Assembly (NCBI GenBank): GCA_950097015.1
Contig: CATNEN010000003.1
Coordinates: 16,058,001 to 16,122,000, forward strand
Reading direction: 5' to 3'
Source of the DNA: Macrostomum hystrix
Taxonomy: Eukaryota; Animalia; Platyhelminthes
DNA length: 64,000 nucleotides
Shown here in pieces: positions 48,724 through 60,857 of the stretch. Position 1 is the first letter of the stretch. Each line of letters opens with the position of its first letter. Below the pieces are notes generated by a model that searched no databases, was not told the DNA's origin, and was given only the letters and a program-made list of their open reading frames with translations. The position numbers were made by a program, and so were the translations under genes.

Positions 48724-50336
48724 TCAGTCGTCCGTCCTCTGAGAACTAAATGTCATATCGCTTCGCCTGCAATGGGGTAGTTATGTTTCAGACTTTTCAT
48801 TTCAACAAGACTTAAATTAGAAGACCTAAGAAATGTGCTTATTTACTCACTGTGAACTCTCCGGCTCTTCAATAGAGATCACGGTCTGTAGGTGCGATGA
48901 TGGCAGTAGGCAATAAATGAAAAAATTGTACAATATATAATAGAGCTAGCAAGATTTATAATTTTATAAAAACATACCTCCCAGCTTCCCTTTCGAATGC
49001 GCACGCGCCTGAGCTTCACAGACGTGGGAAGCTCCAGAAGCAATTCGTCTGCTCGTGAAGGGCCAGGATTTTTAGCAGAGACAATTGACGAAAGTGGCGA
49101 AAGGTCCTGGTTCCCATCTGAAGCGTTGCCCGCTGAGCGATCATGGTGCCAAACACGTAGCCGCTCGGCTTCGAAGATGTCCGGCTCATGGACACATAGT
49201 GCGGAGCTGCAGGATAGTGAAATCGATCCATAGTCGTTGGTTTTTGCGCCTTTGACTGCGAGAACACTGCCAGTTGGCCAAGACGAAACCTGCGTAGTGC
49301 TCGCTCCCCAGAATGTGCATGAAATCGTAAAATTGGTTGCATCGGCCAGGCTGACAGTCGACTTAGTGCAAGTTCCGCTTCTTGTCTTAACGTCTGTTGG
49401 GCCGTCTTTCGATATTATAATGCCAAGAACGTCGACAAGAACACTGAGGAGGAGATATGGAATGGTAACGAATGTACAGAAATATACAGAATCTACAGAT
49501 CTTGGATTTTACGATCAAAGTGAGACTCCTTCCTTCCAATTAATCAGAGGCAAATTTATGCGTTATGCGTCTATGGCCAAATCATTAATCACTTTAAAAT
49601 AAGCATTTCCATATTTCCTTGTTTGATCGGTACTTTGTATGTACTTTGGCAGGTACCCGCATGAGATTTGAATGCGTGAATTGACTATTAATTTGTTTGA
49701 AGTATGGAAGAGTGCTCCTTACATGCCCAAGCTCCAGTGCAATGCGGAGCGTTAGCAGAAAGTATATCTGGCTGACTCTGGCTGATCCCAAGGTGTTCTA
49801 ATCATCCAAGTCATAAAAGTTCAAAATAAATAGTTTCAACACAGAAGCCCTACCCGTCTGTTCCGACATTTGCCAGGTCGGAAATAGCACGAAAGCGAAA
49901 TTGCGGGCCGCACAAAATGTCATCTGGCGACTCCTCTACAGTGCCGTCGTCCTCCATGTCAACTTTGACCTCAAAAGTATTGGACGCAGTGTTGTAACGC
50001 GCGTCGGCAACCGCTATCATGCCGCCTGAGATCGCTACTGTTTTTCCAACAGCACATTTTGACCAAGCGACTGCCAGGTCACGGCCAAAAAAGCAGGCCT
50101 TGATTTCTGCTGTTGTGTCCATAAGTAGTACGGAAAAGAGCTCTCCGGTACCTTTGCGGCTAGCATATTTGCGAATCTGTATACGAGAAATTCGAGAAAT
50201 TAGAAAGCGAATGAAGTATTATTAATAGCAGTACTGAAATTGGGTAAAAAATGCGGCTCACCTCATTTCGAAGCATGACCTTGGCGAAAATAGGCGAAGT
50301 TAGCTTTCCACAGGCTGTTATATTTATTATCTTCAT
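48724..50336 (-). CDS. RPA70/RPA1-like OB-fold ssDNA-binding protein carried by the Helitron, ~313 aa; exons 50336-50262, 50176-49854, 49443-48978, 48885-48851, 48766-48724
   Basis: DBD-A-like: IFAKVMLRNE|IRKYASRKGTGELFSVLLMDTTAEIKACFFG..VGKTVAISGG..ADARYN..FEV. DBD-B-like: FRFRAISDL..VLVDVLGII..VSLAD..ISCTFWG..VLAVKGAKTNDYG..SLS..EPDIFEAERLRVW. Phases are consistent. The last two small exons are less certain. Confidence 0.82.
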
Positions 50337-50582
50337 GTTTAAATATGCTTTTTGTAGTAAAGCAATCTCGGAATCGAATTTCGTTGTTGGCGGTCAAAAT
50401 CAGACTTTTAATTGGATTTTGTTGTTTTGTGGCGGTCTAAATCTGACTTTTTGGCGGTATAAATCATCTGACTTTCCTATTTTAAACCGACATGTTCTGT
50501 ACACTGCTTTATTTTCTCAAGCTTGACTCAATCAATAAATGTACATGCCTTCAGAAGGCGGCCAGTCAGACACAGGCACCAG

Positions 50583-50699
50583 GGGGGTTTCTTATGAAAG
50601 TATTCTCCATGCTTTATGCTAAATATGTGCATCAAGTAGGCGGAAATTGGTGTACATTTTCAGCATAAATCATAAAGAATACTTTCATAAGAAACCCCC
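50583..50699. mobile_element. 117-bp hairpin MITE (PIF/Harbinger-like) nested in the Helitron
   Basis: TIR GGGGGTTTCTTATGAAAGTATTCT / AGAATACTTTCATAAGAAACCCCC, with pairing extending over most of the element. 3-bp TSD CAG at 50580-50582 and 50700-50702. Confidence 0.7.
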
Positions 50700-50959
50700 C
50701 AGGGGGTGGGGGTAGTCGCATTTTATTAGATTGCATCAGTGCCCAATGCATTCTCTTGCCCTTGTGGTATAGGTATAGGCACCTTTCAGGACTCAAGGAG
50801 AGTATTTCTATGAATTCGTGGAGACTTGAATTTCATATTTTGTAATAGTTGAACAAAAAGTTCACGTTAAAACTAGAATAAAAGCTTTCAGAAGGAGGCA
50901 TACAATCTACCCACAACAGACTTTTATGTAACCACAATAGTACAAGCAAAAAATTAGGG

Positions 50960-52848
50960 CTATTCGAAGTTGGCTTTGACTATTCGAAGTTGGTTTTGAC
51001 TATTCGAAGTTGGCTTTCACTATTCGAAGTTGGTTTTGAGAATTCGAAGTTGGCTTTCACTATTCGAAGTTGGTTTTGACTATTCGAAGTTGGTTTTGAC
51101 TATTCGAAGTTGGCTTTGACTATTCGAAGTTGGTTTTGACTATTCGAAGTTGGTTTTGACTATTCGAAGTTGGTTTTGACTATTCGAAGTTGGCTTTGAC
51201 TATTCGAAGTTGGTTTTGACTATTCGAAGTTGGCTTTGACTATTCGAAGTTGGTTTTGACTATTCGAAGTTGGCTTTGACTATTCGAAGTTGGCTTTGAC
51301 TATTCGAAGTTGGCTTTGACTATTCGAAGTTGGCTTTCACTATTCGAAGTTGGTTTTGACTATTCGAAGTTGGTTTTGACTATTCGAAGTTGGTTTTGAC
51401 TATTCGAAGTTGGCTTTGACTATTCGAAGTTGGTTTTGACTATTCGAAGTTGGCTTTGACTATTCGAAGTTGGTTTTGACTATTCGAAGTTGGCTTTGAC
51501 TATTCGAAGTTGGCTTTGACTATTCGAAGTTGGTTTTGACTATTCGAAGTTGGTTTTGACTATTCGAAGTTGGCTTTGACTATTCGAAGTTGGCTTTCAC
51601 TATTCGAAGTTGGTTTTGAGAATTAGAAGTTGGCTTTCACTATTCGAAGTTGGTTTTGACTATTCGAAGTTGGTTTTGACTATTCGAAGTTGGTTTTGAC
51701 TATTCGAAGTTGGTTTTGACTATTCGAAGTTGGTTTTCACTATTCGAAGTTGGCTTTGACTATTCGAAGTTGGTTTTGACTATTCGAAGTTGGTTTTGAC
51801 TATTCGAAGTTGGCTTTGACTATTCGAAGTTGGCTTTGACTATTCGAAGTTGCTTTGACTATTCGAAGTTGGCTTTGACTATTCGAAGTTGGCTTTGACT
51901 ATTCGAAGTTGGCTTTGACTATTCGAAGTTGGTTTTGAGAATTCGAAGTTGGCTTTCACTATTCGAAGTTGGTTTTGAGAATTCGAAGTTGGCTTTGACT
52001 ATTCGAAGTTGGCTTTCACTATTCGAAGTTGGCTTTCACTATTCGAAGTTGGTTTTGACTATTCGAAGTTGGCTTTGACTATTCGAAGTTGGCTTTCACT
52101 ATTCGAAGTTGGTTTTGACTATTCGAAGTTGGCTTTGACTATTCGAAGTTGGTTTTGACTATTCGAAGTTGGCTTTCACTATTCGAAGTTGGTTTTGACT
52201 ATTCGAAGTTGGCTTTCACTATTCGAAGTTGGTTTTGACTATTCGAAGTTGGCTTTGACTATTCGAAGTTGGCTTTGACTATTCGAAGTTGGTTTTGAGA
52301 ATTCGAAGTTGGCTTTGACTATTCGAAGTTGGCTTTGACTATTCGAAGTTGGCTTTGACTATTCGAAGTTGGCTTTGACTATTCGAAGTTGGCTTTGACT
52401 ATTCGAAGTTGGCTTTCACTATTCGAAGTTGGCTTTGACTATTCGAAGTTGGTTTTGAGAATTCGAAGTTGGCTTTGACTATTCGAAGTTGGCTTTGACT
52501 ATTCGAAGTTGGCTTTGACTATTCGAAGTTGGCTTTGACTATTCGAAGTTGGCTTTGACTATTCGAAGTTGGCTTTGACTATTCGAAGTTGGCTTTCACT
52601 ATTCGAAGTTGGCTTTCACTATTCGAAGTTGGTTTTGAGAATTCGAAGTTGGCTTTGACTATTCGAAGTTGGCTTTGACTATTCGAAGTTGGCTTTGACT
52701 ATTCGAAGTTGGCTTTGACTATTCGAAGTTGGCTTTGACTATTCGAAGTTGGCTTTGACTATTCGAAGTTGGCTTTGACTATTCGAAGTTGGTTTTGAGA
52801 ATTCGAAGTTGGTTATGACTACTCAAAGTTGGCTTTCACTATTCGAAG
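50960..52848 (+). repeat. 20-bp satellite (TATTCGAAGTTGGYTTTSAC)n, ~94 units
   Basis: Highly homogeneous tandem repeat inside H5; no spacers. Confidence 0.97.
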
Positions 52849-52914
52849 TGTGTTTGCAGCGTTCAGAGATAGTTTTGAGTTGGAAGTTGGTTTTCTAGCA
52901 GGCTGTCTCTGCTT

Positions 52915-53110
52915 GATCTGTCTTCTAGCAGGCTGTCTCTGCTGCTGGGGGAATTTGTTCTCTGCTGCTGGGGGGGAATTTGTTCTTTGCTGCTGGGGGG
53001 GGGGAATTAGTTCTTTGCTGCTGGGGGGGGATTAGTTCTTTGCTGCTGGGGGGGGATTAGTTCTTTGCTGCTGAGGGGGGAATTAGTTCTCTGCTGCTGG
53101 GGGAATTAGT
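52915..53110 (+). repeat. ~23-25-bp repeat (GAATTAGTTCTYTGCTGCTGGGGG) shared with H4
   Basis: Same unit as 37555-37775. Confidence 0.85.
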
Positions 53111-53408
53111 AGCATTAAGCTGAGTTGTATCAAACGTATCTTACTTGTGTACTTTTGCCTCAATGGGGCTCTTGGTGTACAGACCGGATGTCTCAAAATG
53201 TATTCAAGCTCAGACTGACTATTTTTGTATTTAGTGAGAATTCAAATTCTCTTTGATTCGCAATCACGTATATTCGCAATCAGGGAAATTAATACTGACG
53301 AAATGAGCTTACGTTTTTGTTTGCTTTCAGGTGTGTTTTGTCCCTATGCATTGCACAATATTTTTTGTCTGAACAGTAGTGCCCCCCAAGGGGGGCTTAG
53401 TGTGCTAG

Positions 53409-56400
53409 TCTAATATACTAAAAATGAAAATCTTGTTTGTATGTTTGTTTGCAATCGACTAGCTCCCGAACGGCTCAACCGATTTTCAAAATTCCTTCGC
53501 CAAAAGATCACAAATGGGCCGGAATCGGTACACGTAATTTTATTAAGCTTAATTCCATTGGCAAGGGGATTAAATATTCGAAAAACAGTTTTAAATAGGC
53601 TTTTCTAATGCATTCTTGTTTTCAGCTTGTGCACAGTGAGGCTCCAGTGCCAATTTTAATGATTGCATCAGAGCCAGTTTTGTTAGGCGAGCGTACTGAT
53701 AAGGAATTTCTCACCCAAATGTGCATAGCTGTGTCAACCCCACTGGCGAGATAATTACTGCCCAATGTGCACAGGCTGAGCTGGCTTCTGTTATCTGTTC
53801 GGCACTGAGATATTTTTTTATTTTTATTTATTGAGTTTTATTCAAACTCATTTAGCAGATATAGCACATTTCAATTATAGCAGATTCATTCATATCACAG
53901 CATACTCCAAAGGCAACAGCTGAGAACTGAATTGATTCAAGTGATCGGCCTCTCTTGGCAGCAAGTAGCATTTCTTGATTATACTTGCTTACTTACTTGC
54001 TTACTTGCTTACTTACTTGCAAAAGCATTGATGGATATCTAGGCTTAGAATTAATATTAATAGATTCCTAGGCTCAGAATCGATCCATATCTAGGCTCAA
54101 CATTCTTATAGATTTCTAGGCTCAATATTTTTATAGATTTCTAGGCTCAATATTTTTATAGATTTCTAGGCTCAATATTTTTATAGATTTCTAGGCTCAA
54201 TATTTTTATAGATTTCTAGGCTCAATATTTTTATAGATTTCTAGGCTCAATATTTTTATAGATTTCTAGGCTCAATATTTTTATAGATTTCTAGGCTCAA
54301 TATTTTTATAGAGATCTAGGCTCAGCATTGATAGTTATCTAGGCTCAGCATTGATAGTTATCTAGGCTCAGCATTGATAGTTAACTAGGCCCAGCATTGA
54401 TAGTTATCTAGGCACAGCATTGATAGTTATCTAGGCTCAACATTTTTATAGACATCTAGGCTCAGCATTGATAGTTAACTAGGCTCAGCATTGATAGTTA
54501 TCTAGGCTCAGCATTGATAGTTATCTAGGCTCAGCATTGATAGTTAACTAGGCCCAGCATTGATAGTTATCTAGGCACAGCATTGATAGTTATCTAGGCT
54601 CAGCATTGATAGTTAACTAGGCCCAGCATTGATAGTTATCTAGGCACAGCATTGATAGTTATCTAGGCTCAACATTTTTATAGACATCTAGGCTCAGCAT
54701 TGATAGTTATCTAGGCTCAGCATTGATAGTTATCTAGGCTCAGCATTGATAGTTATCTAGGCTCAGCATTGATAGTTAACTAGGCCCAGCATTGATAGTT
54801 ATCTAGGCACAGGATTGATAGTTATCTAGGCTCAACATTTTTATAGACATCTAGGCTCAGCATTGATAGTTATCTAGGCTCAGCATTGATAGTTATCTAG
54901 GCTCAGCATTGATAGTTAACTAGGCCCAGCATTGATAGTTATCTAGGCACAGGATTGATAGTTATCTAGGCTCAACATTTTTATAGATAACTAGGCTCAG
55001 CATTGATAGTTACCTAGGCTCAGCATTGATAGTTACCTAGGCTTAGCATTGATAGTTACCTAGGCTCAGCATTGATAGTTACCTAGGCTCAGCATTGATA
55101 GTTACCTAGGCTCAGCATTGATAGTTATCTAGGCTCAGCATTGATAGTTTTCTAGGCTCAGCATTGATAGTTATTTAGGCTCAGCAATGATAGTTATCTA
55201 GGCTCAGCATTGATAGTTATCTAGGCTCAACATTGATAGATATCTAGGCTCAGCATTGATAGATATCCAAGCTCAGAATTGATAGGTTCCAAGGGTCAGA
55301 ATCGATAGAAAACTAGGCTCAGCATTGATAGTTATCTAGGCTCAACATTTTTATAGATAACTAGGCTCAGCATTGATAGTATCTAGGCTCAACATTTTTA
55401 TAGATAACTAGGCACAGCATTGATAGTTATCTAGGCACAGCATTGATAGTTATCTAGGCTCAGCATTGATAGTTACCTAGGCTCAGCATTGATAGTTACC
55501 TAGGCTTAGCATTGATAGTTACCTAGGCTCAGCATTGATAGTTACCTAGGCTCAGCATTGATAGTTACCTAGGCTTAGCATTGATAGTTACCTAGGCTCA
55601 ACATTGATAGATATCTAGGCTCAGCATTGATAGATATCTAGGCTCAGCATTGATAGTATCTAGGCTCAACATTTTTATAGATAACTAGGCACAGCATTGA
55701 TAGTTATCTAGGCACAGCATTGATAGTTATCTAGGCTCAGCATTGATAGTTACCTAGGCTCAGCATTGATAGTTACCTAGGCTTAGCATTGATAGTTACC
55801 TAGGCTCAGCATTGATAGTTACCTAGGCTCAGCATTGATAGTTACCTAGGCTTAGCATTGATAGTTACCTAGGCTCAACATTGATAGATATCTAGGCTCA
55901 GCATTGATAGATATCTAGGCTCAGCATTGATAGTTATCTAGGCTCAACATTGATAGATATCTAGGCTCAGCATTGATAGATATCCAAGCTCAGAATTGAT
56001 AGGTTCCAAGGGTCAGAATCGATAGAAAACTAGGCTCAGCATTGATAGTTATCTAGGCTCAACATTTTTATAGATAACTAGGCTCAGCATTGATAGTATC
56101 TAGGCTCAACATTTTTATAGATAACTAGGCACAGCATTGATAGTTATCTAGGCACAGCATTGATAGTTATCTAGGCTCAGCATTGATAGTTACCTAGGCT
56201 CAGCATTGATAGTTACCTAGGCTTAGCATTGATAGTTACCTAGGCTCAGCATTGATAGTTACCTAGGCTCAGCATTGATAGTTACCTAGGCTTAGCATTG
56301 ATAGTTACCTAGGCTCAGCATTGATAGTTACCTAGGCTCAGCATTGATAGTTACCTAGGCTCAGCATTGATAGTTACCTAGGCTGAGCATTGATAGTTAT

Positions 56401-59400
56401 CTAGGCTCAGCATTGATAGTTACCTAGGCTCAGCATTGATAGTTACCTAGGCTCAGCATTGATAGTTACCTAGGCTTAGCATTGATAGTTACCTAGGCTC
56501 AGCATTGATAGCTATCACGGCTCAGCATTGATAGTTATCTAGGCTTAGGATTGATAGTTCTCTAGGCACAGCATTGATAGTTATCTAGGCTCAGCATTGA
56601 TAGTTATCTAGGCTCAGCATTGATAGTTATCTAGGCTCAGCATTGATAATTATCAAGGCTCAGCATTGATAGTTATCTAGGCTCAACATTGATAGATATC
56701 TAGGCTCAGCATTGATAGATATCCAAGCTCATAATTGATAGGTTCCAAGGGTCAGAATCGATAGAAAACTAGGCTCAGCATTGATAGTTATCTAGGCTCA
56801 ACATTTTTATAGATAACTAGGCTCAGCATTGATAGTATCTAGGCTCAACATTTTTATAGTTATCTAGGCTCAGCATTGATAGATTTCCAAGCTCAGAATT
56901 GATAGAAAACTAGGCTCAGCATTGATAGTTATCTAGGCTCAACATTTTTATAGATAACTAGGCACAGCATTGATAGTTATCTAGGCTCAGCATTGATAGT
57001 TATCAAGGCTCAGCATTGATAGTTATCTAGGCTCAGCATTGATAGTTATCAAGGCTCAGCATTGATAGTTATCCAGGCTCAGCATTGATAGTTATCTAGG
57101 CTCAGCATTGATAATTATCTAGGCTCAGCATTGATAGTTATCTAGGCTCAGCATTGATAGTTATCTAGGCTCAGGATTGATAGTTAACTAGGCTCAGCAT
57201 TGATTGTTATCTAGGCTCAACATTTTTATAGATATTAAGGCTCAGCATTGATAGATATCTAGGCTCAGCATTGATAGTTATCTAGGCTCAGCATTGATAG
57301 ATATCTAGGCTCAGCATTGATAGCTATCTAGGCTCAACATTTTTATAGATATTAAGGCTCAGCATAGATAGATATCTAGGCTCAGCATTGATAGTTATCT
57401 AGGCTCAGCATTGATAGATATCTAGGCTCAGCATTGATAGTTATCTAGGCTCAGCATTGATAGATATCTAGGCTCAGCATTGATAGTTATCTAGGCTCAG
57501 CATTGATAGTCATCTAGGCTCAGGATTGATAGTTAACTAGGCTCAGCATTGATAGTTATCTAGGCTCAGCATTGATAGTTATCTAGGCTCAGGATTGATA
57601 GTTATCTAGGCTCAACATTTTTTTAGATATTAAGTCTCAGCATTGATAGTTATCTAGGCTCAGCATTGATAGTTATCTAGGCTCAGCGTGATAGTTATCT
57701 AGGCTCAACATTTTTATAGATGTCTAGGCTCAGCATTGATAGTTATCTAGGCTCAGCATTGATAGATATCTAGGCTCAGCATTGATAGTTATCTAGGCTC
57801 AACATTTTTATAGACATCAAGGCTCAGATTGGATTGATATCCAAGCTCTGAATTGATAGATTCCACGGGTCAGAATCGAAAGAAAACTAGGCTCAGCATT
57901 GATATTTAACTAGGCTCAGCATTGATAGTTATCTAGGCTCAGCATTGATAGTTATCTAGGCTCAGCGTTGATAGTTATCCAGGCTCAGCATTGATAGTTA
58001 TCTAGGCTCAGCATTGATAATTATCTAGGCTCAGCATTGATATTTAACTAGGCTCAGCATTGATAGATATCTAGGCTCAGCATTGATAGTTATCAAGGCT
58101 CAGCATTGATAGTTATCCAGGCTCAGCATTGATAGTTATCTAGGCTCAGCATTGATAATTATCTAGGCTCAGCATTGATAGTTATCTAGGCTCAGCATTG
58201 ATAGTTATCTAGGCTCAGGATTGATAGTTAACTAGACTCAGCATTGATTGTTATCTAGGCTCAACATTTTTATAGATATTAAGGCTCAGCATTGATAGAT
58301 ATCTAGGCTCAGCATTGATAGTTATCTAGGCTCAGCATTGATAGATATCTAGGCTCAGCATTGATAGTTATCTAGGCTCAACATTTTTATAGATATTAAG
58401 GCTCAGCATTGATAGATATCTAGGCTCAGCATTGATAGTTATCTAGGCTCAGCATTGATAGATATCTAGGCTCAGCATTGATAGTTATCTAGGCTCAACA
58501 TTTTTATAGACATCAAGGCTCAGATTGGATTGATATCCAAGCTCTGAATTGATAGATTCCACGGGTCAGAATCGAAAGAAAACTAGGCTCAGCATTGATA
58601 TTTAACTAGGCTCAGCATTGATAGTTATCTAGGCTCAGCATTGATAGTTATCTAGGCTCAGCATTGATAGTTATCTAGGCTAAGCATTGATAGTTATCTA
58701 GGCTCAGGATTGATAGTTAACTAGGCTCAGCATTGATAGTTATCTAGGCTCAGCATTGATAGTTATCTAGGCTCAGGATTGATAGTTAACTAGGCTCAGC
58801 ATTGATAGTTATCTAGGCTAAGCATTGATAGTTATCTAGGCTCAGGATTGATAGTTAACTAGGCTCAGCATTGATAGTTATCTAGGCTCAGCATTGATAG
58901 TTATCTAGGCTCAGGATTGATAGTTAACTAGGCTCAGCATTGATAGTTATCTAGGCTCAGCATTGATAGTTATCTAGGCTCAGGATTGATAGTTAACTAG
59001 GCTCAGCATTGATAGTTATCTAGGCTCAGCATTGATAGTTATCCAGGTTCAGCATTAATAGTTATCTAGGCTCAACATTTTTATAGATATCTAAGCACTG
59101 CATTGATAGTTATCTAATCTCAGCGTGATAGTTATCTAGGCTCAGCATTGATAGTTATCTAGGCTCAGCATTGATAGTTATCTAGGCTCAACATTTTTAT
59201 AGATATTAAGGCTCAGCGTGGTAGTCATCTAGGCTCAACATTTTTATAGATAACTAGGCTCAGCATTGATAGATTCCTAGGCTCAGCATTGATAGTTATC
59301 TAGGCTCAACATTTTTATAGATGTCAAGGCTCAGCATTGATAGTTATCCAAGCTCAGAATGGATAGATTCCACGGGTCAGAATCGAAAGAAAACTAGGCT

Positions 59401-60179
59401 CAGCATTGATTGTTATCTAGGCTCAACATTTTCTAGATATTAAGGCTCAGCGTGATAGTTATCTAGGCTCAACATATTTATTGATAACTAGGCTCAGCAT
59501 TGATAGTTATCTAGGCTCAGCATTGATAGTTATCTAGGCTCAGCATTGATAGTTATCTAGGCTCAGCATTGATAGTTATCTAGGCTCAGCATTGATAGAT
59601 ATCTAGGCTCAGCATTGATAGTTATCTAGGCTCAGCATTGATAGATATCTAGGCTCAACATTTTTATAGATATTAAGGCTCAGCGTGATAGTTATCTAGG
59701 CTCAAAATATTTATAGATAACTAGGCACAGCATTGTTATTTATCTAGGCTCAGAATTGATAGATTCCTAGGCTCAACATTTTGATAGATATCTCGGCTCA
59801 GCACTGGTAGATATCTAGGCTCAGAATGGATAGATATCGTACTTTAGATTTGATAGATATCTAGATAACTTCATTGGTTAAAAATCTATAGAAATTTAAG
59901 CTAAGAATCGATAGATATTGAAGCTCAGAATTTTTAGAAATCTAAGGTCAGAATTGATAGAATTCTAAGCTCAGAATTGATAGAAATCTTGGCTCAGCAC
60001 GGGTAGATATCTAGGCTCAGTGTTGATAGATATTTAGGCTCAAAGTCGATAGAAAGTTAAGCTCAGAATCAATAGATATCTTAGTTCAGAGTTGATATCT
60101 ATTGACTTACTGAATACTGTTTTATTATTGTAAAGTTGCCTTCAAGCTAAGGTCCCCAAAGGGGGGCCTAAATTGCTAG
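53409..60179 (+). mobile_element. Non-autonomous Helitron H6 carrying a 6-kb satellite
   Basis: 5' TCTAATATACTAAAAATG, with the first ~275 bp like H3/H7/H8. 3' hairpin GGTCCCC-AAAG-GGGGGCC, then CTAG at 60176-60179. Confidence 0.85.
54035..60090 (+). repeat. 23-bp satellite (CTAGGCTCAGCATTGATAGTTAT)n with 25-bp variants (CTAGGCTCAACATTTTTATAGATAT-like)
   Basis: Tandem array with degenerate edges and recurring variant blocks. Confidence 0.96.
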
Positions 60180-60516
60180 TCTAATATACTAAAAATGAAA
60201 ATCTTGTATGTTTGTTTGCAATCGACTAGCTCCCGAACGGCTCAACCGATTTTCAAAATTCCTTCGCCAAGAGATCACAAATGGGCCGGAATCGGTACAC
60301 GTAATTTTATTAAGCTAAACTCCATTGCCAAGGGGATTAAATATTCGAAAAACAGTTTTAAATAGGCTTTTCTAATGCATTCTTGTTTTCAGCTTGTGCA
60401 CAGTGAGGCTCCAGTGCCAATTTTAATGATTGCATCAGAGCCAGTTTTGATAACGCACGCGCGTACTGATAAGAACTCACAGAGAGGCTACCCAGAGGGT
60501 AGCGAAGGGCAGCTAG
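60180..60516 (+). mobile_element. Miniature Helitron H7 (H3 family)
   Basis: TC start, GCTACCC-AGA-GGGTAGC hairpin, CTAG end. Confidence 0.88.
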
Positions 60517-60857
60517 TCTAATATACTAAAAATGAAAATCTTGCTTGTATGTTTGTTTGCAATCGACTAGCTCCCGAACGGCTCAACCGATTTTCAAAAT
60601 TCCTTCGCCAAAAGATCACAAATGGGCCGGAATCGGTACACGTAATTTTATTAAGCTTAATTCCATTGGCAAGGGGATTAAATATTCGAAAAACAGTTTT
60701 AAATAGGCTTTTCTAATGCATTCTTGTTTTCAGCTTGTGCACAGTGAGGCCTCCAGTGCCAATTTTAATGATTGCATCAGAGCCAGTTTTGATAACGCAC
60801 GCGCGTACTGATAAGAACTCACAGGGAGGCTACCCAGAGGGTAGCGAAGGCAGCTAG
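60517..60857 (+). mobile_element. Miniature Helitron H8 (H3 family)
   Basis: Same structure as H7, with several substitutions and indels. Confidence 0.88.

Larger units (their letters stand above)
38761..53408 (+). mobile_element. Autonomous Helitron H5 (14.6 kb) encoding OTU-RepHel and an RPA70-like protein
   Basis: 5' TC. 3' hairpin GCCCCCC-AA-GGGGGGC (53381-53396), then CTAG at 53405-53408. Uninterrupted spliced RepHel ORF. Confidence 0.93.

Noticed and set aside
50960-52848. CRISPR-like regular array
   Set aside because: Monomers are directly adjacent with no unique spacers, there are no cas genes, and the context is eukaryotic. It is a satellite.
38761-53408. Classification as a Helentron because of the OTU domain
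   Set aside because: Ends are canonical TC / hairpin-CTAG, no subterminal inverted repeats were found, and no endonuclease follows the helicase.
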